Under the pieces are notes generated by a model that was not told where the DNA came from, ran no database searches, and was given only the letters and a program-made list of their open reading frames with translations. The position numbers and the translations under genes are program-made. Source: Octopus sinensis (Eukaryota). Taken from it: 64,000 nucleotides of DNA. This document shows positions 13,278-26,322 of this stretch, one piece after another. The DNA is taken from assembly GCF_006345805.1 (NCBI RefSeq), contig NC_043005.1, positions 104,222,001-104,286,000 of the forward strand. Reading direction: 5' to 3'. The stretch's first letter is position 1, and every line of letters starts with the position of its first letter.

Positions 13278-13330
13278 GAGCTTCCTGAAGATTTCATCTG
13301 AATGAAACAGTTCTAGTCGTGTAGAAGCTC
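13278..13330 (+). ncRNA. Type I hammerhead ribozyme motif, intact core, GUC cleavage triplet
   Basis: GAGCTTC / CTGAAGA / t-TTCA-tc-TGAA-t / GAAA / CAG-tt-CTAG / TC / gtgta-GAAGCTC. Confidence 0.65.
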
Positions 13331-13383
13331 CTTCTATAAAATAAAAAAATATATATATAAATATGTGTGTGTGTGTGTGTGTG

Positions 13384-13430
<47 letters not shown>

Positions 13431-13557
13431 CGAGCAATGGACAGTGCTGAGTTGTCAAACATTTAAACCAAATTTTCTCAATTCAACTTGTCCGACCGTC
13501 CCATAGGCCTCCCCTTTGAGAAACACTGATTTAACCTAAGTTGCCCGGGTATGTAAG

Positions 13558-14378
13558 AAACTTAGTCGATAAGCAATGCCCTTTACCTTTTTGCCCTTTT
13601 TTGTACTCATTGAACCGTTATTTTGTAAAATGAAGCCTAAAAGGCATTAAGGCATTCAATGCACCGTTCCCTTGCATGCATGAAGAAAATCTATGACAGT
13701 CAAAGTGCATTTTCTGGTTTTGTTTAGCACACCCAACCCAGTTCTGCGGGATCAGTGTCGCGACGGGAACGCATGGGTTGGGAGTTTGACAGGCAGAGGT
13801 GAAAAGGTTGCACATGCCGGCCCTTTTGACACCGCCAAGTCTAGCGAAAGGGGGCTCGGGACCCTCTAGTAGCCAACGACTAATCACCATCTAGTCCTTT
13901 CCCTCTAGGGAACAAAGGCGCTCTCGCTGTGAATTTCAAAAAAAATTCCTGCCAATTTGTCGAAAATATGTCATCTTGAATTTGAACGCGATTTCCCAAA
14001 ATGGCATGATTTTATCGATTTTTTCTGACGGTAACGTATCGCATGGAAAACTAACGTCAGAATTAAGTTCCTTAGGGTAACATTAAGCTTCACCATGAGT
14101 TTGATGAAAATCGATTGCAAGTTGCGAAAACTACAACGGAAAATGTATTGCATATGATAAGCTTAGATTCTCGACCCCATGTCGAATTTATCGATTTTTT
14201 TCAGAACTTGGGGAACTTTTCAAAATTTTCGCTGCGTTATGACATTGGGCTATGTGTGTGTCAAGTTTCATCAGAATCGGTTGAAAGCCGTGGTCAGGGT
14301 AAGGGTACAACCTGAGAGACACACAGATAGACAGACAGACACACAGACAGACAAACTGCCTTTTATATATAGAGAGAT
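13558..14378 (-). mobile_element. Non-autonomous Helitron-like element, copy 2
   Basis: 14171-14378 is homologous to 51770-51975 (5' TC end); the left boundary is uncertain. Confidence 0.6.
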
Positions 14379-15015
14379 ATACACAACAAGAAATGATATT
14401 TGTCTCTTTTTACAGAAACAAATGGGATTATAGGACCGCAAAAGAAGTGCTCAAATGTAAATGAGACGAAAATAAAGAAATATTGATTATAAAACAAACA
14501 TTAAATTCGAGACAACGACTTCATATATAACACCATACCTCAAACATTTAATCACATATAAATATCACCATGTTTCTGAAACTCATACAAAATACATATA
14601 CATAAAAACACAGACAGTAAAAATATATATTCGAATAAAATAAAATAAAATACAAACAGAACGGCCTATCAAACCATACAGAATGTGAATTTGACCTGTG
14701 GAAGTCCGTTTATTTGTGAACTTTGGACGTACTTGTTTGAGGGGAGTAAAATTACTTCTTTCAAATATTTAAAAAAAATATTTTTAATCGCTTGATAAAA
14801 ATTTTGGATATTTATTTATTTTATTTTATCTTTGTCAATTAGTTTATGGTAGTTTACGAATTTATAGTCGTTTATATTCACTTTTTTTATAAGCCGTTCT
14901 ATTTGTATTTTATTTTTATTTTATTCGTATATATATTTATACGTTTTGTGTTTTTATGTATATGTATTTTTTATAAGTTTAAAAACCATGGTGATATATA
15001 TATTATGTATATATA

Positions 15016-15091
<76 letters not shown>

Positions 15092-15093
<2 letters not shown>

Positions 15094-15301
15094 CCGAGGG
15101 GTTCTGAAAAGTCCCTCGCTTTAAGGATGTCGCAAAAGGCCTGTTGAACGTCCAAACTTCTGACCTCTTTTAGAGAGTTTAGAAAAACTGAAGGACCACT
15201 GCAGTAAGTACACGAATCTGAGAGAAGAATATGTTGCATAAAATCATAATTAACTGGCCCTCTTGTATTTTCTTTTACCTGAAGCCAGGAACTTTTCAGC
15301 A
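15092..15301 (+). mobile_element. Mariner-derived MITE (internal deletion derivative)
   Basis: TA-ccgaggggttctgaaaagtcc terminus and inverted agccaggaacttttcagc; interior encodes a decayed mariner C-terminus (LEKLKDHCSKYTNLREEYVA*). Confidence 0.8.
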
Positions 15302-16500
15302 ATGAGCTTGGGTCATGATATACAGCAACAGCTATAAAGGTACACTACATCCCATATTGTCTATACATTAATTCATCGCTTTGTGGCTCTGCGCCAGATC
15401 AGGCTCTGCTTAGATCGACCTAGCATATCTACCTGTGCCATATACTGTAAAATATTCTTTTATGTTTTAATCCTGTTGTTCTTATATTGTTACTTTATAT
15501 TTTGGGGCATTTCATCTTTATTTGCTTTTGTAATTCTTACTATTACTGGGCGCACACTTATATACATATACCTTCGTAATGACATTTTGTTTCATTAAAT
15601 CATATATTCTAGATCCATATATTCATATATTGAACATTTCTTTCTCTTATTCGATCGACATAATCAGAGTTTACATGCATGCATGTGTGTGTGTCTGTCT
15701 GTTTATCTGTCTGCCTGTTTGTTTGTCTGTATGAATAGATAGAGTGATATGTGTACATATGTGCGTATGTATATGTGCGTACATATATAAGTTTATAAAG
15801 CGCTAAACGGTAGACAAGCTCGTATGCATGGCAGTATATAATTCATATAATTTCTAAAAGATGTTGCGTAAATATAAGCATAGATATATTTGGCGAAGAA
15901 GAAAGAATTCATGGAAAAATTTCTTTACAGCTGTTTCAGACAGTCAGAAATTTGACGTTGATATAATGTATTATGCGAATATGTGTGTATGCTGATGCAA
16001 ATATACTATTCAAACACGTAGAACTTATACATTATAATACATTAACTTAATCATTTTGCCACTCCTCTTTCTGAAGAAAAAATTAGTACTTCAATGCTTT
16101 TTGTTAGATTATATGAATGCATAATGCTTTTATGTTAATATCTCTACTTTTCGAAATGTATTATTACATTAGTATGCGCACCATGCCGCGCCAAACTGGT
16201 TACTACAGCAATATTCGTTGTATTTTTGAAAGAGCTGCAAAGATTTTCAAGGATATAATACTTTTCTTCGCCAAACACACCTATGGCTAATTTTACAACA
16301 TTTTTAAATTGTGGAAATGATATAATTCTGTTTGTCAGTGCTTGTCGGTTTTTCATTTTTTTCTTACACGGTCAAGTTATGCATTTCTTATTGCTAACCT
16401 GTTGCTCCACGGAATTCTTTTTACGTTGATTATCAGGTTCGCACCCCCACATGGAAATATATGTGTGTGTATATATATGATATATAATATATATGTATAT

Positions 16501-16576
<76 letters not shown>

Positions 16577-16793
16577 TAAATATATATTATATATATATAT
16601 ATATTTATACTATATATATATTATATATATATCTATATATATATATATATATTCATGAGTAAAGATCATTTACTACCATGTTTCTAATTGATGAGATTCA
16701 CCTCTCTGTCTATATACCTACCCTCTTTGTAATGTTGGAAAATGGAATAAGTATAAAAATGAATAGTGTCAATTTAATTTTAAAAATTCCATA

Positions 16794-16881
16794 TGTGGCT
16801 GAAGATTGCTCTACATTTTAAAACTGATGTAATACTTACATTGTTTAATTAAATGAAGTAGCATGAAACGATTGTACTGCA
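16794..16881 (+). ncRNA. Type I hammerhead ribozyme motif, intact core, GUA triplet
   Basis: TGTGG / CTGAAGA / long stem II (TGC..TAC with GTAGCA) / GAAA / ACGATTGT / A / CTGCA. Confidence 0.65.
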
Positions 16882-17511
16882 CTACCTTTGGATATCCTTG
16901 TTGCTTATTTTGATTATAATCACCCAATTTGATTTATATGGATAATACCATACCAAATTCTGGTGCCTTTAACTTAAGTACCATATTCATCTGAATCTAA
17001 ATTTTTACTGAACTTATGTATGTATAGTATTATATATATATATATATAGATATATATATATATATAATATATATACATGCATATTCAACATATTATGTAA
17101 TCTGTACATGTGTACATACAAACACACGTACACGCATTCTGCTGTAAAGTAATAGTAATTTATTGATTAAAGAAGCTGACAAAGTGTGTTATATATGCAA
17201 ATTAGTGTATTTAGTTCACATAAGCTTCTACTAAGTAGAATCTCCGTAGATAGCTAAAGTGGTTACACATTCGCTGTCACACAGGATTAAAACATGTCCG
17301 ACTGCTCTTGCGTTTGAAGTCCTCGAAGATATTGAATGTAGAAACAAAACGCTTACACTTCTTTATGCATAAAGTGGCGGCTAAAAATCTATACCTGCAT
17401 TGTACAGTAGAGTATTGTACACACATCTACATAGATACATAGATACATACATAGACACATACATACATACATACATACATACATTCCTACGTACGTACGT
17501 ACATACATATA

Positions 17512-17789
17512 TATCACGGGATCACCGTGACCGACCAGGCTATCAAATGTTGTTACACATCGCTGGTCACAATGCGCTGCGCATTGTTTTAGCCTTCGAA
17601 TGACGCCACACCGCTGGAGAGAAAATTGTGACGAAAGAGTACAGCAGGGATCACCACCACCCCCTCCCGGAGCCGCGTGAAGCTTTAGGTGTTTTCGCTC
17701 AATAAACACTCACAACGCCCGGTCTGGGAATCGAAACCGCGATCCTACAACCGCGAGGCCGCTGCCCTACCCACTGGACCATTGCGCCT

Positions 17790-17793
<4 letters not shown>
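17512..17793 (-). mobile_element. tRNA-derived SINE family D, tail variant 1
   Basis: First about 175 bp match 35779-35955, including a B box ggtttcgattccc. Confidence 0.88.
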
Positions 17794-17866
<73 letters not shown>

Positions 17867-18209
17867 AGCATATATGTATTTCTTTAACACTCTCTATCTA
17901 TCTATCTCTGTGTATACATATATACATATGGCGATGCATAAAAATATATATACATATATATACAACGTACGTACTTACATGCATAGGCACATGCATGCAA
18001 GCAAATATCTAGGCACATTTGAAAGAGTATCACAGAGCAACGTCTGTGGAAATTCAAAACATTCTTTGCCAGTGATTTTCTCGTATAGTTTCAAATGTAT
18101 TTTGCTCTGTTTATCTGTTTTAGCCTATTCTCCACTATCTGAGACATGGTACGTGTATATATATATGTATATGCACTTGCGTATGAACATATGTGTGTGT
18201 GTGTGCGTG

Positions 18210-19258
18210 TACGATGGGAAGCCAAAAATTATCTGCACTTTCGCCATACATCATTATTTTTGTCACATTGCCTTCTGCGCTTGCGTGGTTATAGTTGGTA
18301 CTATTGTGGTTACGTGATCGAAGTTTGAGCCTGATTGCGCTATTTTTCTTTCTGGCTTTACAGTGTAAGCATGGCTGCTCCATTAGCAACGTGCACCAAA
18401 GAACAAAGAGCAGTGATCCGATTTCTCTGGTCGGATGGTGTATCAGGTACTCAAATTTATTGGAGACTTTGAACACAATACGGCGAGAGTGCACTACCGC
18501 GTTGAAGTATGTATGAATGGATCGTGAAGTTTAAAAGTGGCCGGACAAGCTACGATCGCTATAACAATGGGGGCGAGGAATTTTTGAGCAGAATTGTCAC
18601 AGAAGATGAAACTCGGCTCCATCATTATGAGGCACAATCCAAAAGACAGAATATGGAGTGGAAACATCCTGGCTCGCCAGCGACGAAGAAACCGAGGACT
18701 GAGTCTTCCGCGCGAAAGCTTATGCTAACGCTTTTTGGGGACTCAAAATGGCCTATACTGGAAATCTACCTGGAAAAGTGATGTACGATTAATAATGCAA
18801 GATACTGTGTTGTGCTGGCCAACGAACTGAAGCCAGCAATTCGTACCAAACGCTGAAGCCTACTGTCCAAGAAGGTTTTGTTGCTGCATGACAATAGACG
18901 CCCACACACGGCCGCCCGACAGTTGAAACCATTAACCAATGCGTTTTGAGATTTGGAAGACCCTGCCTACAGCTCAGATCTCACTCTTTCCAACTATCAT
19001 ATCTTTGGACTGCTCAAAGATGGTTTACAAGGTCTTCGATTTCCTACGGATGAAGATGTGAAGGAAGCGGTGTATAAATGGTTGCACGACCAACTGAAAA
19101 CCTTCTTCAGAGAGGGAATACGCAAGCTTGTAGATCTCTTGTCCAAGTGTATCGAAAAAGAAGATTATATAGAAAAATGACGTATTTCTTTATCCACTGC
19201 TTTTCTGTAAATACATTGAAAAAACAAGAGTGTGTATAATGTTTGACTCACCCTCGTA
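18210..19258 (+). mobile_element. Mariner (DD34D) transposon, decayed and internally deleted
   Basis: TIRs tacgatgggaagccaaaaattat / ataatgtttgactcaccctcgta; relic protein with IVTEDETRLHHY, LLLHDN and PAYSSDLTLSNYHIF (18371-19180). Confidence 0.92.
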
Positions 19259-19440
19259 TATATAACAATTTCCTCTTTCATACATGATCCAACAACACGT
19301 GTGTTTGAAAATATAATTGAAAGCGCTCACACACACACTAGAAAAAATCTTTTTCCTAAATGGTTAGTGAGGTTGTGACAAACAATTCGCTGCTTTAAAA
19401 TATTATTAAAGAAATCTTTTTTCGCCAAGATAAATATTTA

Positions 19441-19509
19441 AACCACCTGATGAATGACTGTAACTCGGAAATTTAAAGAAATTAACAGCCATGAAACGAT
19501 CGTAGTGTT
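19441..19509 (+). ncRNA. Type I hammerhead ribozyme with fully canonical core
   Basis: CAC / CTGATGA (19447-19453) / stem II ATG-a-CTGT-AA...TT-a-ACAG-c-CAT / GAAA (19493-19496) / palindrome ACGATCGT / A17 (19504) / GTG. Confidence 0.8.
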
Positions 19510-20610
19510 ATATTAATTATATTTTTTTAATAATTTGGTTATATATTTAAATAATATAAATTAAATAATCTTATGTATTGGCTTAAGTTTTTCATTGTAT
19601 GATTTGCCTCTAATTTAATATAATATAATATTTTACTATAAAAATGGATTCAATCCTAAATCTGATTTTTCCCTGTAAGTTTGGATTTATTCCCTAATAT
19701 TTATTATATATATATATATACAGATCCCCATCCGATGCTTATACTATTCTTTCAGTGTTCTGCTTGGTTATAAACATAAATGACTCCGATGAAGTAAGTC
19801 TAAGACATTTTATTTTTAGAGGAAATTAAATAAATATGACTTGAAAAAATTATATAAAAAATTATGATTTAAATCATTTTTATTAAATTCCCTCCAATAT
19901 GTATATATGTATGGGTGTTTATATGTTTGTGTGTCTTTGTTTATCCATTACAAATGCCGTGTCAATTTTTCTTACAGCTCCTCAGTTCTATGACAAAAGT
20001 CTCAAATATTAACTTTGTCTTTCATCTTACCCTTATCAATCCAATATTCAAGTAAACTTCTTTCAATTTCAGAACCGTGAATACCGTGTCGTGTGAGCGA
20101 CCGTTGGGCACCACCTATTGAGTCTCTTTCCGATAAAAAAAAAATCTGATTTGCCATCCGAAGGGTCAACAGATGTGCTAAAAGAAGGAAGGAACATATT
20201 TATCCCTTCAACAGCGACCGAGGTTTCGATAACCTGAAGACCACTCCTGTTATTTCTTGTTCTTGCTTCTTGTCCAACATAATGCACCTGTGTATATGTA
20301 TCTATGCACTAGCATATGTATATAAATGTAGACCTTTTGCAGCTGTGAAATATATCCACATATGAATAAATACATGTATTACCTATAACTTACAAGGCCT
20401 GCAAATATGCACACCCGCATACATATACATTTATACATACATACATACATCATACATATATAGATATATATGATATATATATATATATATATATATCTAT
20501 ATATATATATATACATACATATATATATACACACTCATATATATGCGTGTGTATATGTATGTATGTTTTTACGTATGTATGTATATATATATATAAATAT
20601 ATATATATAC

Positions 20611-20642
<32 letters not shown>

Positions 20643-20747
20643 TACATACAATGCATGCCTACATATATGTGTGTGTGCATGACTACTGTATGTATACACT
20701 ATATATATATATACATATACATACACACACACATATATATATGCGTA

Positions 20748-20782
<35 letters not shown>

Positions 20783-21268
20783 GCAAACACATACCAGCAG
20801 GCATACATACACACACTCGCATATACACAAATGAAGTGGAAACCATAAATAATATAAATAATAATTACTCTAAACTATATAACACGCAGCCATTTAAAAT
20901 ACGTCATGTCTGGTGCTAGACGGATTCCAAAGCTTTTAACAGGCAATAGCAGCCATTCTTTTGTCTACTTTTCTTCTTTGCTCTCATTCTTTTGTATTTT
21001 TCTTTCTTTTTTTCTAACTTCGTCTCTATTTCTTTGTTTGTTTATTTGTGTGTGGTTTTTTTTTAATTCTTTCAACTTCTTTCTTTGTTTATTCCACCCC
21101 CCTCCCACTTATTTTTAATCTCTTCTTTCTTTAGTTTTTTTCTTCTTTTCTTTCTTTCTTTCTTTCGTTCTCGTTTTCGTCTACTTCAATTCTGAAACCA
21201 TTAAGTTTTTGAAATGATATCAACGATCTCTCTGAAACATTAGATTGCTAACTAAATCAATAGTAGAT

Positions 21269-21338
<70 letters not shown>

Positions 21339-21541
21339 GCAAGGAAAATAATAATAGTGCAATAAAAGCTAAAAAAAGTAAGTCTACAAAACTACAAAAA
21401 TAACAATAGCAACAACAACAACAACTGCAATTACAATAAAGCACATTATTAAAAACGATATCAAAGATTATTAAAAATATAACGTGTATTTTGTCTGGGA
21501 AAGTGAGTATATATGAGCAAGTATTTATGTATATAAATACA

Positions 21542-21610
<69 letters not shown>

Positions 21611-21915
21611 GTAAGTATAAGTATATATATATATGTGTATGTATATATAGGTATGTATGTATATATGTATATATATATATATACATACTTACAAATTATC
21701 ATACATGCAAACACACACAAACACACTCACGCACATACTCACACTCACACTTACATATATATGCATATATACTTTCAGAAGTTTCAATGTCTGTGAATAT
21801 ATATCACTCTACGAATGCAAGATGTACGTATGCCTATGTATGTTTATATATACACACATATATAATATATATATGCGTGTGTATGTATGTATGTTATGTA
21901 TGTAATGTATGTATG

Positions 21916-21960
<45 letters not shown>

Positions 21961-22129
21961 TTGTGTGTATGTATATACATACACACATGCATGCGCATAC
22001 ACATTGAAAAATACACACACACACACACACACGCACACACACACACTCACACACACACACATATATATGTTGTAGGTTCATAAATTACATTTCTTCTTCG
22101 GGAGGACAACTGCTATTTGCTTTTTTTTT

Positions 22130-22456
22130 TTCTTTTTATTAATTTTTCAATTTTATTATTTATTTATTTTTTAATTTGTAAGCAAAATTCTGGACTCTCT
22201 TCACTCTGTGAAATCCAAATTTGGTGAAATAAATTCAACCATTGAAGCTGCCCCGCCAAGTATTTCGCCGTTTTGGGACATACGCACAGAAGGCTGTGCA
22301 GTGGAGGGGTTTGGATTGCATTCGCATCAAGTCGTTAAAAGTACAGTCATCCATTATCATTTCTAACTATAAACAACTTTTCGTTCGTGTTTTGTCGGCG
22401 ACAGGATGTGGCTACGATGTAGAATCAATCGGTGGTACGACGGATCTGGGTTTCAT
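22130..22456 (-). other. Candidate terminal exon (MKPRSVVPPIDSTS* at 22456-22412, then 3' UTR)
   Basis: Acceptor ttgttttgccttgtgtag|ATG; non-repetitive body; AATAAA hexamers at about 22157-22135. Confidence 0.35.
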
Positions 22457-22627
22457 CTACACAAGGCAAAACAAGTGCATGTATGTGTGTGTGTGTATGC
22501 AAGTATACTGTGGGAGGAAGAAGTGGAGGGATGAGTATTGGAGAGAGACATCAATGTCACCTACGTATTTAGAGTAAGATATCGGAGAAGGTCAGAAGCT
22601 AAAAATTAAAGAATCTGCTGATTTCCT

Positions 22628-22658
<31 letters not shown>

Positions 22659-22929
22659 GTCTGTCTGTGTGTCTTACTGACTGTCTTCGTCTGTCTGTCT
22701 GTTGATATATGAACTGATGAGTATACATATGAAGATGCATGTACACACATATACACATGCACATACACTCACAAACGCGTATGAGTTGACAAGGGAGACT
22801 GAAGAGAAAATCGCAATGATGTTTGGGTATTTACTAATAACAGACGAAATAAAAGAAACTGAAGATGAAGCATTCAAGAAAGAATATAAAATAAAGATAA
22901 ACATGCCATTAAGAAATCACTCACACGCA

Positions 22930-23036
22930 TACATGCATACACACACACACACAGAAACACGCATACATACATGCATACATACATACATACATACATGCAT
23001 TCATTACATACATACATACATACATACATGCATTCA

Positions 23037-23067
<31 letters not shown>

Positions 23068-23096
23068 CATACATACATTCATTACATACATACATG

Positions 23097-23128
<32 letters not shown>

Positions 23129-23250
23129 CATACATACATACATACATACATACATACATACACAACCATACATACATACATACATACATACATACATACA
23201 AACATACATACATACACAACCATACATACATGCATACATACATACATACA
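22930..23250. repeat. (TACA)n array with higher-order units (tgcattcat and cacaaccat interruptions)
   Basis: Direct reading. Confidence 0.9.
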
Positions 23251-23679
23251 GTCAAGCAATTATATGGGACAACAGACATGCATACACAAAAAGAAACATA
23301 TAACGAACCAAAAAGATGAACAAATCACCAGATCTATTGAAAGTCGGGGCCGGTATGATTCAGAAAGACATCGGGACAGATCTAACGATTGGCTGGTAAA
23401 CAGATAGACTGACAGACATACTGATATAGAAACAGATACTCCGAGATCAACTGAATTATCAATTACACAAACATGGCTATTTGGTCAAGGCACTCCATGT
23501 GATAACATATTCAGTCTCACAGCTCGGTACCTTGAGTAACTGGCTTCTGTTGCATCACCATGCCGACCAATGCATTGTGGATGCAACTAGAAGACAAGAG
23601 TGTGTGGAAGTAAACAATGAGTGAATGAAGAATAAAGGATGAGTTAATGGTGAGTTCTAGTCCTTGATGCGGCGTGGAA

Positions 23680-23920
23680 GCTTGTGTGCGACAATGACCC
23701 TGAGATCAATAGCTGCGGCGCTCGAACTCCTGATGGAGATTTTAATGCTGGTGAGTTCAAAGGATAGAGTCCAGACTAATACGGAGTACTACTTCTTGGA
23801 AATGGGTTTGCGTTGGACCAACAACCCTAAACTAAAAGAAGAAATCAGAATTGCATACAGAAGCGTCGATGGCAATTCAAAGTCAACAAGATCTGGGAGA
23901 AGATAGCCCAGAATCGAAAA
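23680..23920 (+). mobile_element. Possible highly decayed LINE endonuclease fragment
   Basis: Translates to GDFNA preceded by ELLM in a shifted frame; weak. Confidence 0.3.
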
Positions 23921-24132
23921 CACAGGGAAGAAATATTCTAAGTAAGAATGGCGAGTTGTTAATGAGGTCACGCTGCATGAAAAATGAGTAATTGATGAGA
24001 GAATAGTGGTGGCTGATTGATGTGGGAATGATGGGTGAATGATGAGCGATTCAAGACAGAATGATGAGCGGCTTTACGAGTGAATAATAGGAGAGTGAGA
24101 AGGGATTATAAAAATATAAAATGCTAAAAATA

Positions 24133-24347
24133 TTGGTTTCAAATTTTGGCTCAAGGCCAGCAACTTCGGAAAGGGACTAAGTCGATTACACGAACCCCAT
24201 TGCTCAACTGGTACTTATTTTATGGATTACGAAAGGATGAAAAGTTAAGTCAGTCTCGGAGGAATTTCAAATCAGAATCTAACGACGGATGAAATGTCGG
24301 TAAGTATGTTGTCCGGTGTGCTTAAGATTCTCGTAGCACGCCGCCTT
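24133..24347 (-). mobile_element. SINE family C
   Basis: Reverse complement of the aaggcggc head plus body ending gtgccaaaatttgaaacc-like. Confidence 0.8.
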
Positions 24348-24438
24348 AAAAAAATACTGGAATATTACAAACATAAAAATATATAAAAAATATAAAAATG
24401 AAAATGTACAGAAATTATATTTTGATAACAATATTTTC

Positions 24439-24449
24439 ATCGAAACTTT

Positions 24450-24492
<43 letters not shown>

Positions 24493-24512
24493 TAATAGTT
24501 AAAAGTTTCGAT
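24439..24512. repeat. Perfect 18-bp inverted repeat flanking a (TA)n array
   Basis: atcgaaacttttaactat / atagttaaaagtttcgat. Confidence 0.92.
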
Positions 24513-24747
24513 ATAAAATCTTTTACTTGTGACAGTGTCACTGGACCGTGGCTATCCTGTGACAGTGCATCAAATGTTTTAGTCGGACAAATCAACCGCA
24601 GACATTTTCATTTTACCTTTGGCACTTATTCTATCGATCAATTTTGCTGAACCAGTAGTTAAGAGGACGTAGACAAACCAACGTTTGTTGTCATACAGAG
24701 GGTGAATGAGAAACGCAAACTCAAAAGCATTCAAATATACTCTCCAT

Positions 24748-24763
24748 AGATAGATAGCTAGAC

Positions 24764-24839
<76 letters not shown>

Positions 24840-24840
24840 G
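24748..24840. repeat. (GATA)n microsatellite (others at about 30230-30415 and 58330-58490)
   Basis: Direct reading. Confidence 0.97.
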
Positions 24841-25132
24841 TCCAATACTTTCTGTCTACAAAATCTTCTTCTAAAGTACTGGCTAGAACGGAGCTATAGT
24901 AAAGGGGGCAGAACATATTTAAGGTGTCATTAAATTGGACAGACTGAACATAAAACCACGTGGTTGCAAAATAAGACTCATAACGACACAGCCATGTTAG
25001 CGCCTGTATAAGAAAATCGAGGGCTGTCAGCGGAACTCGAACCTACATCTGTAAACTTGATAGACCTTCTAACCTTCACATCAAAGCATGACTTATATAT
25101 ATACATACATACATACATACATACGTACATAT

Positions 25133-25182
<50 letters not shown>

Positions 25183-26322
25183 CAATGAATATACATACAT
25201 ATATATACTATATATGTATATATATATGCATATATATATGTATATATATATATGCATATATATAATTATTATATATATAAAAATATATATTCATATAGAT
25301 ATATAATCTGTGTTTTTATGTATGTGTATATATGCGTCTGTGAATACACATAGACTCGTTTAAGTGGGGTTACAGTCACAGAAGCCGGTTTATATAATGT
25401 TCCAATCACTATAAGATTGAAAACTAAAGAGACAAGAAAACAGATGCTACTCGCAATAAAAATCTGCTAATGATATATTTTGTGATGACATTCAATACCA
25501 CACTTCATAAAATACCACTTCATATTGCTATATCCAAGTATATAATAACTCGGGGGGATGTCGTGACAATATCTCATAACAGAAATGTCAGTCATATCAT
25601 ATATCCCATTTCGTTTTAGGTATGAAAATCAACTTATCTATATGTCGTATGTCCATGGTATAAAATGTCATAGGATATTCTGTGGCATATCCCATGATTG
25701 AAACATAACCATAGACATACTTCACACACACAAATACACACACACTCATGCACACACGTTTAAATATAGAATAAAACATATCATTAAACAGTCAACAATA
25801 AAATTATAGTGAAGTTTATAGCATTACACAAGCTTTAGACATCTTTGCTGGGATGGTTTGTGGATAGAGTAGATATATCAACAGTACTTGCCTTGTACTT
25901 ATTTTATCGACCCTGGAGGGAACAAGGGTAAAGATGGCGCTTACAAGATATGATCTTAAAATGTGAAAGTATATGACCAACAGTCCGGCAATCCAACATT
26001 TTCGTCATATCACAATCCATAGAATAAATAACTGGTTTTGTGTTTTGTTTCTTTTTCATTTGAATTTTCATGCTTTTCCCCCCTTTTTTCCTTCTCTTCA
26101 CCACTAGAATCACGGTCGGAAGACTCCAGCTCGGTCGGGGGCAATGACATGTTTGCATGTATGTATATGCCTGTGTTTCTACATGTAGAAGTGAGAGGAA
26201 TAAGCAGGGACGAGAGAGGGGAGAGAGAGAAAGAAAGAGAGACAGAAAGAGCGAGAGAGAGAGAGAAAGAGAAAAAAACAGAGAGAGAATGCTGGGTTGG
26301 GATACCACTGAGTGACACTTAC

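Noticed and set aside
15920-15950. GAAACAGCTGTA on the minus strand (also a similar motif at about 50295-50325)
   Set aside because: The palindromic stem III is present but the core or stem II is missing; at best relics
17223-17241. ttctactaagtagaa resembling a Cas12a CRISPR repeat stem
   Set aside because: Single occurrence, no spacers, eukaryotic context; chance hairpin. No CRISPR array exists in the window.
14414-19793. Plus-strand micro-exon chain (14414-14454, 18123-18147, 19756-19793)
   Set aside because: Splice-like motifs are frequent in AT-rich DNA, the phases can be joined in several arbitrary ways, and one segment lies in a repeat
24990-25090. Minus-strand B-box GGTTCGAGTTCC suggesting a tRNA gene
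   Set aside because: No cloverleaf could be folded; more likely a decayed SINE head
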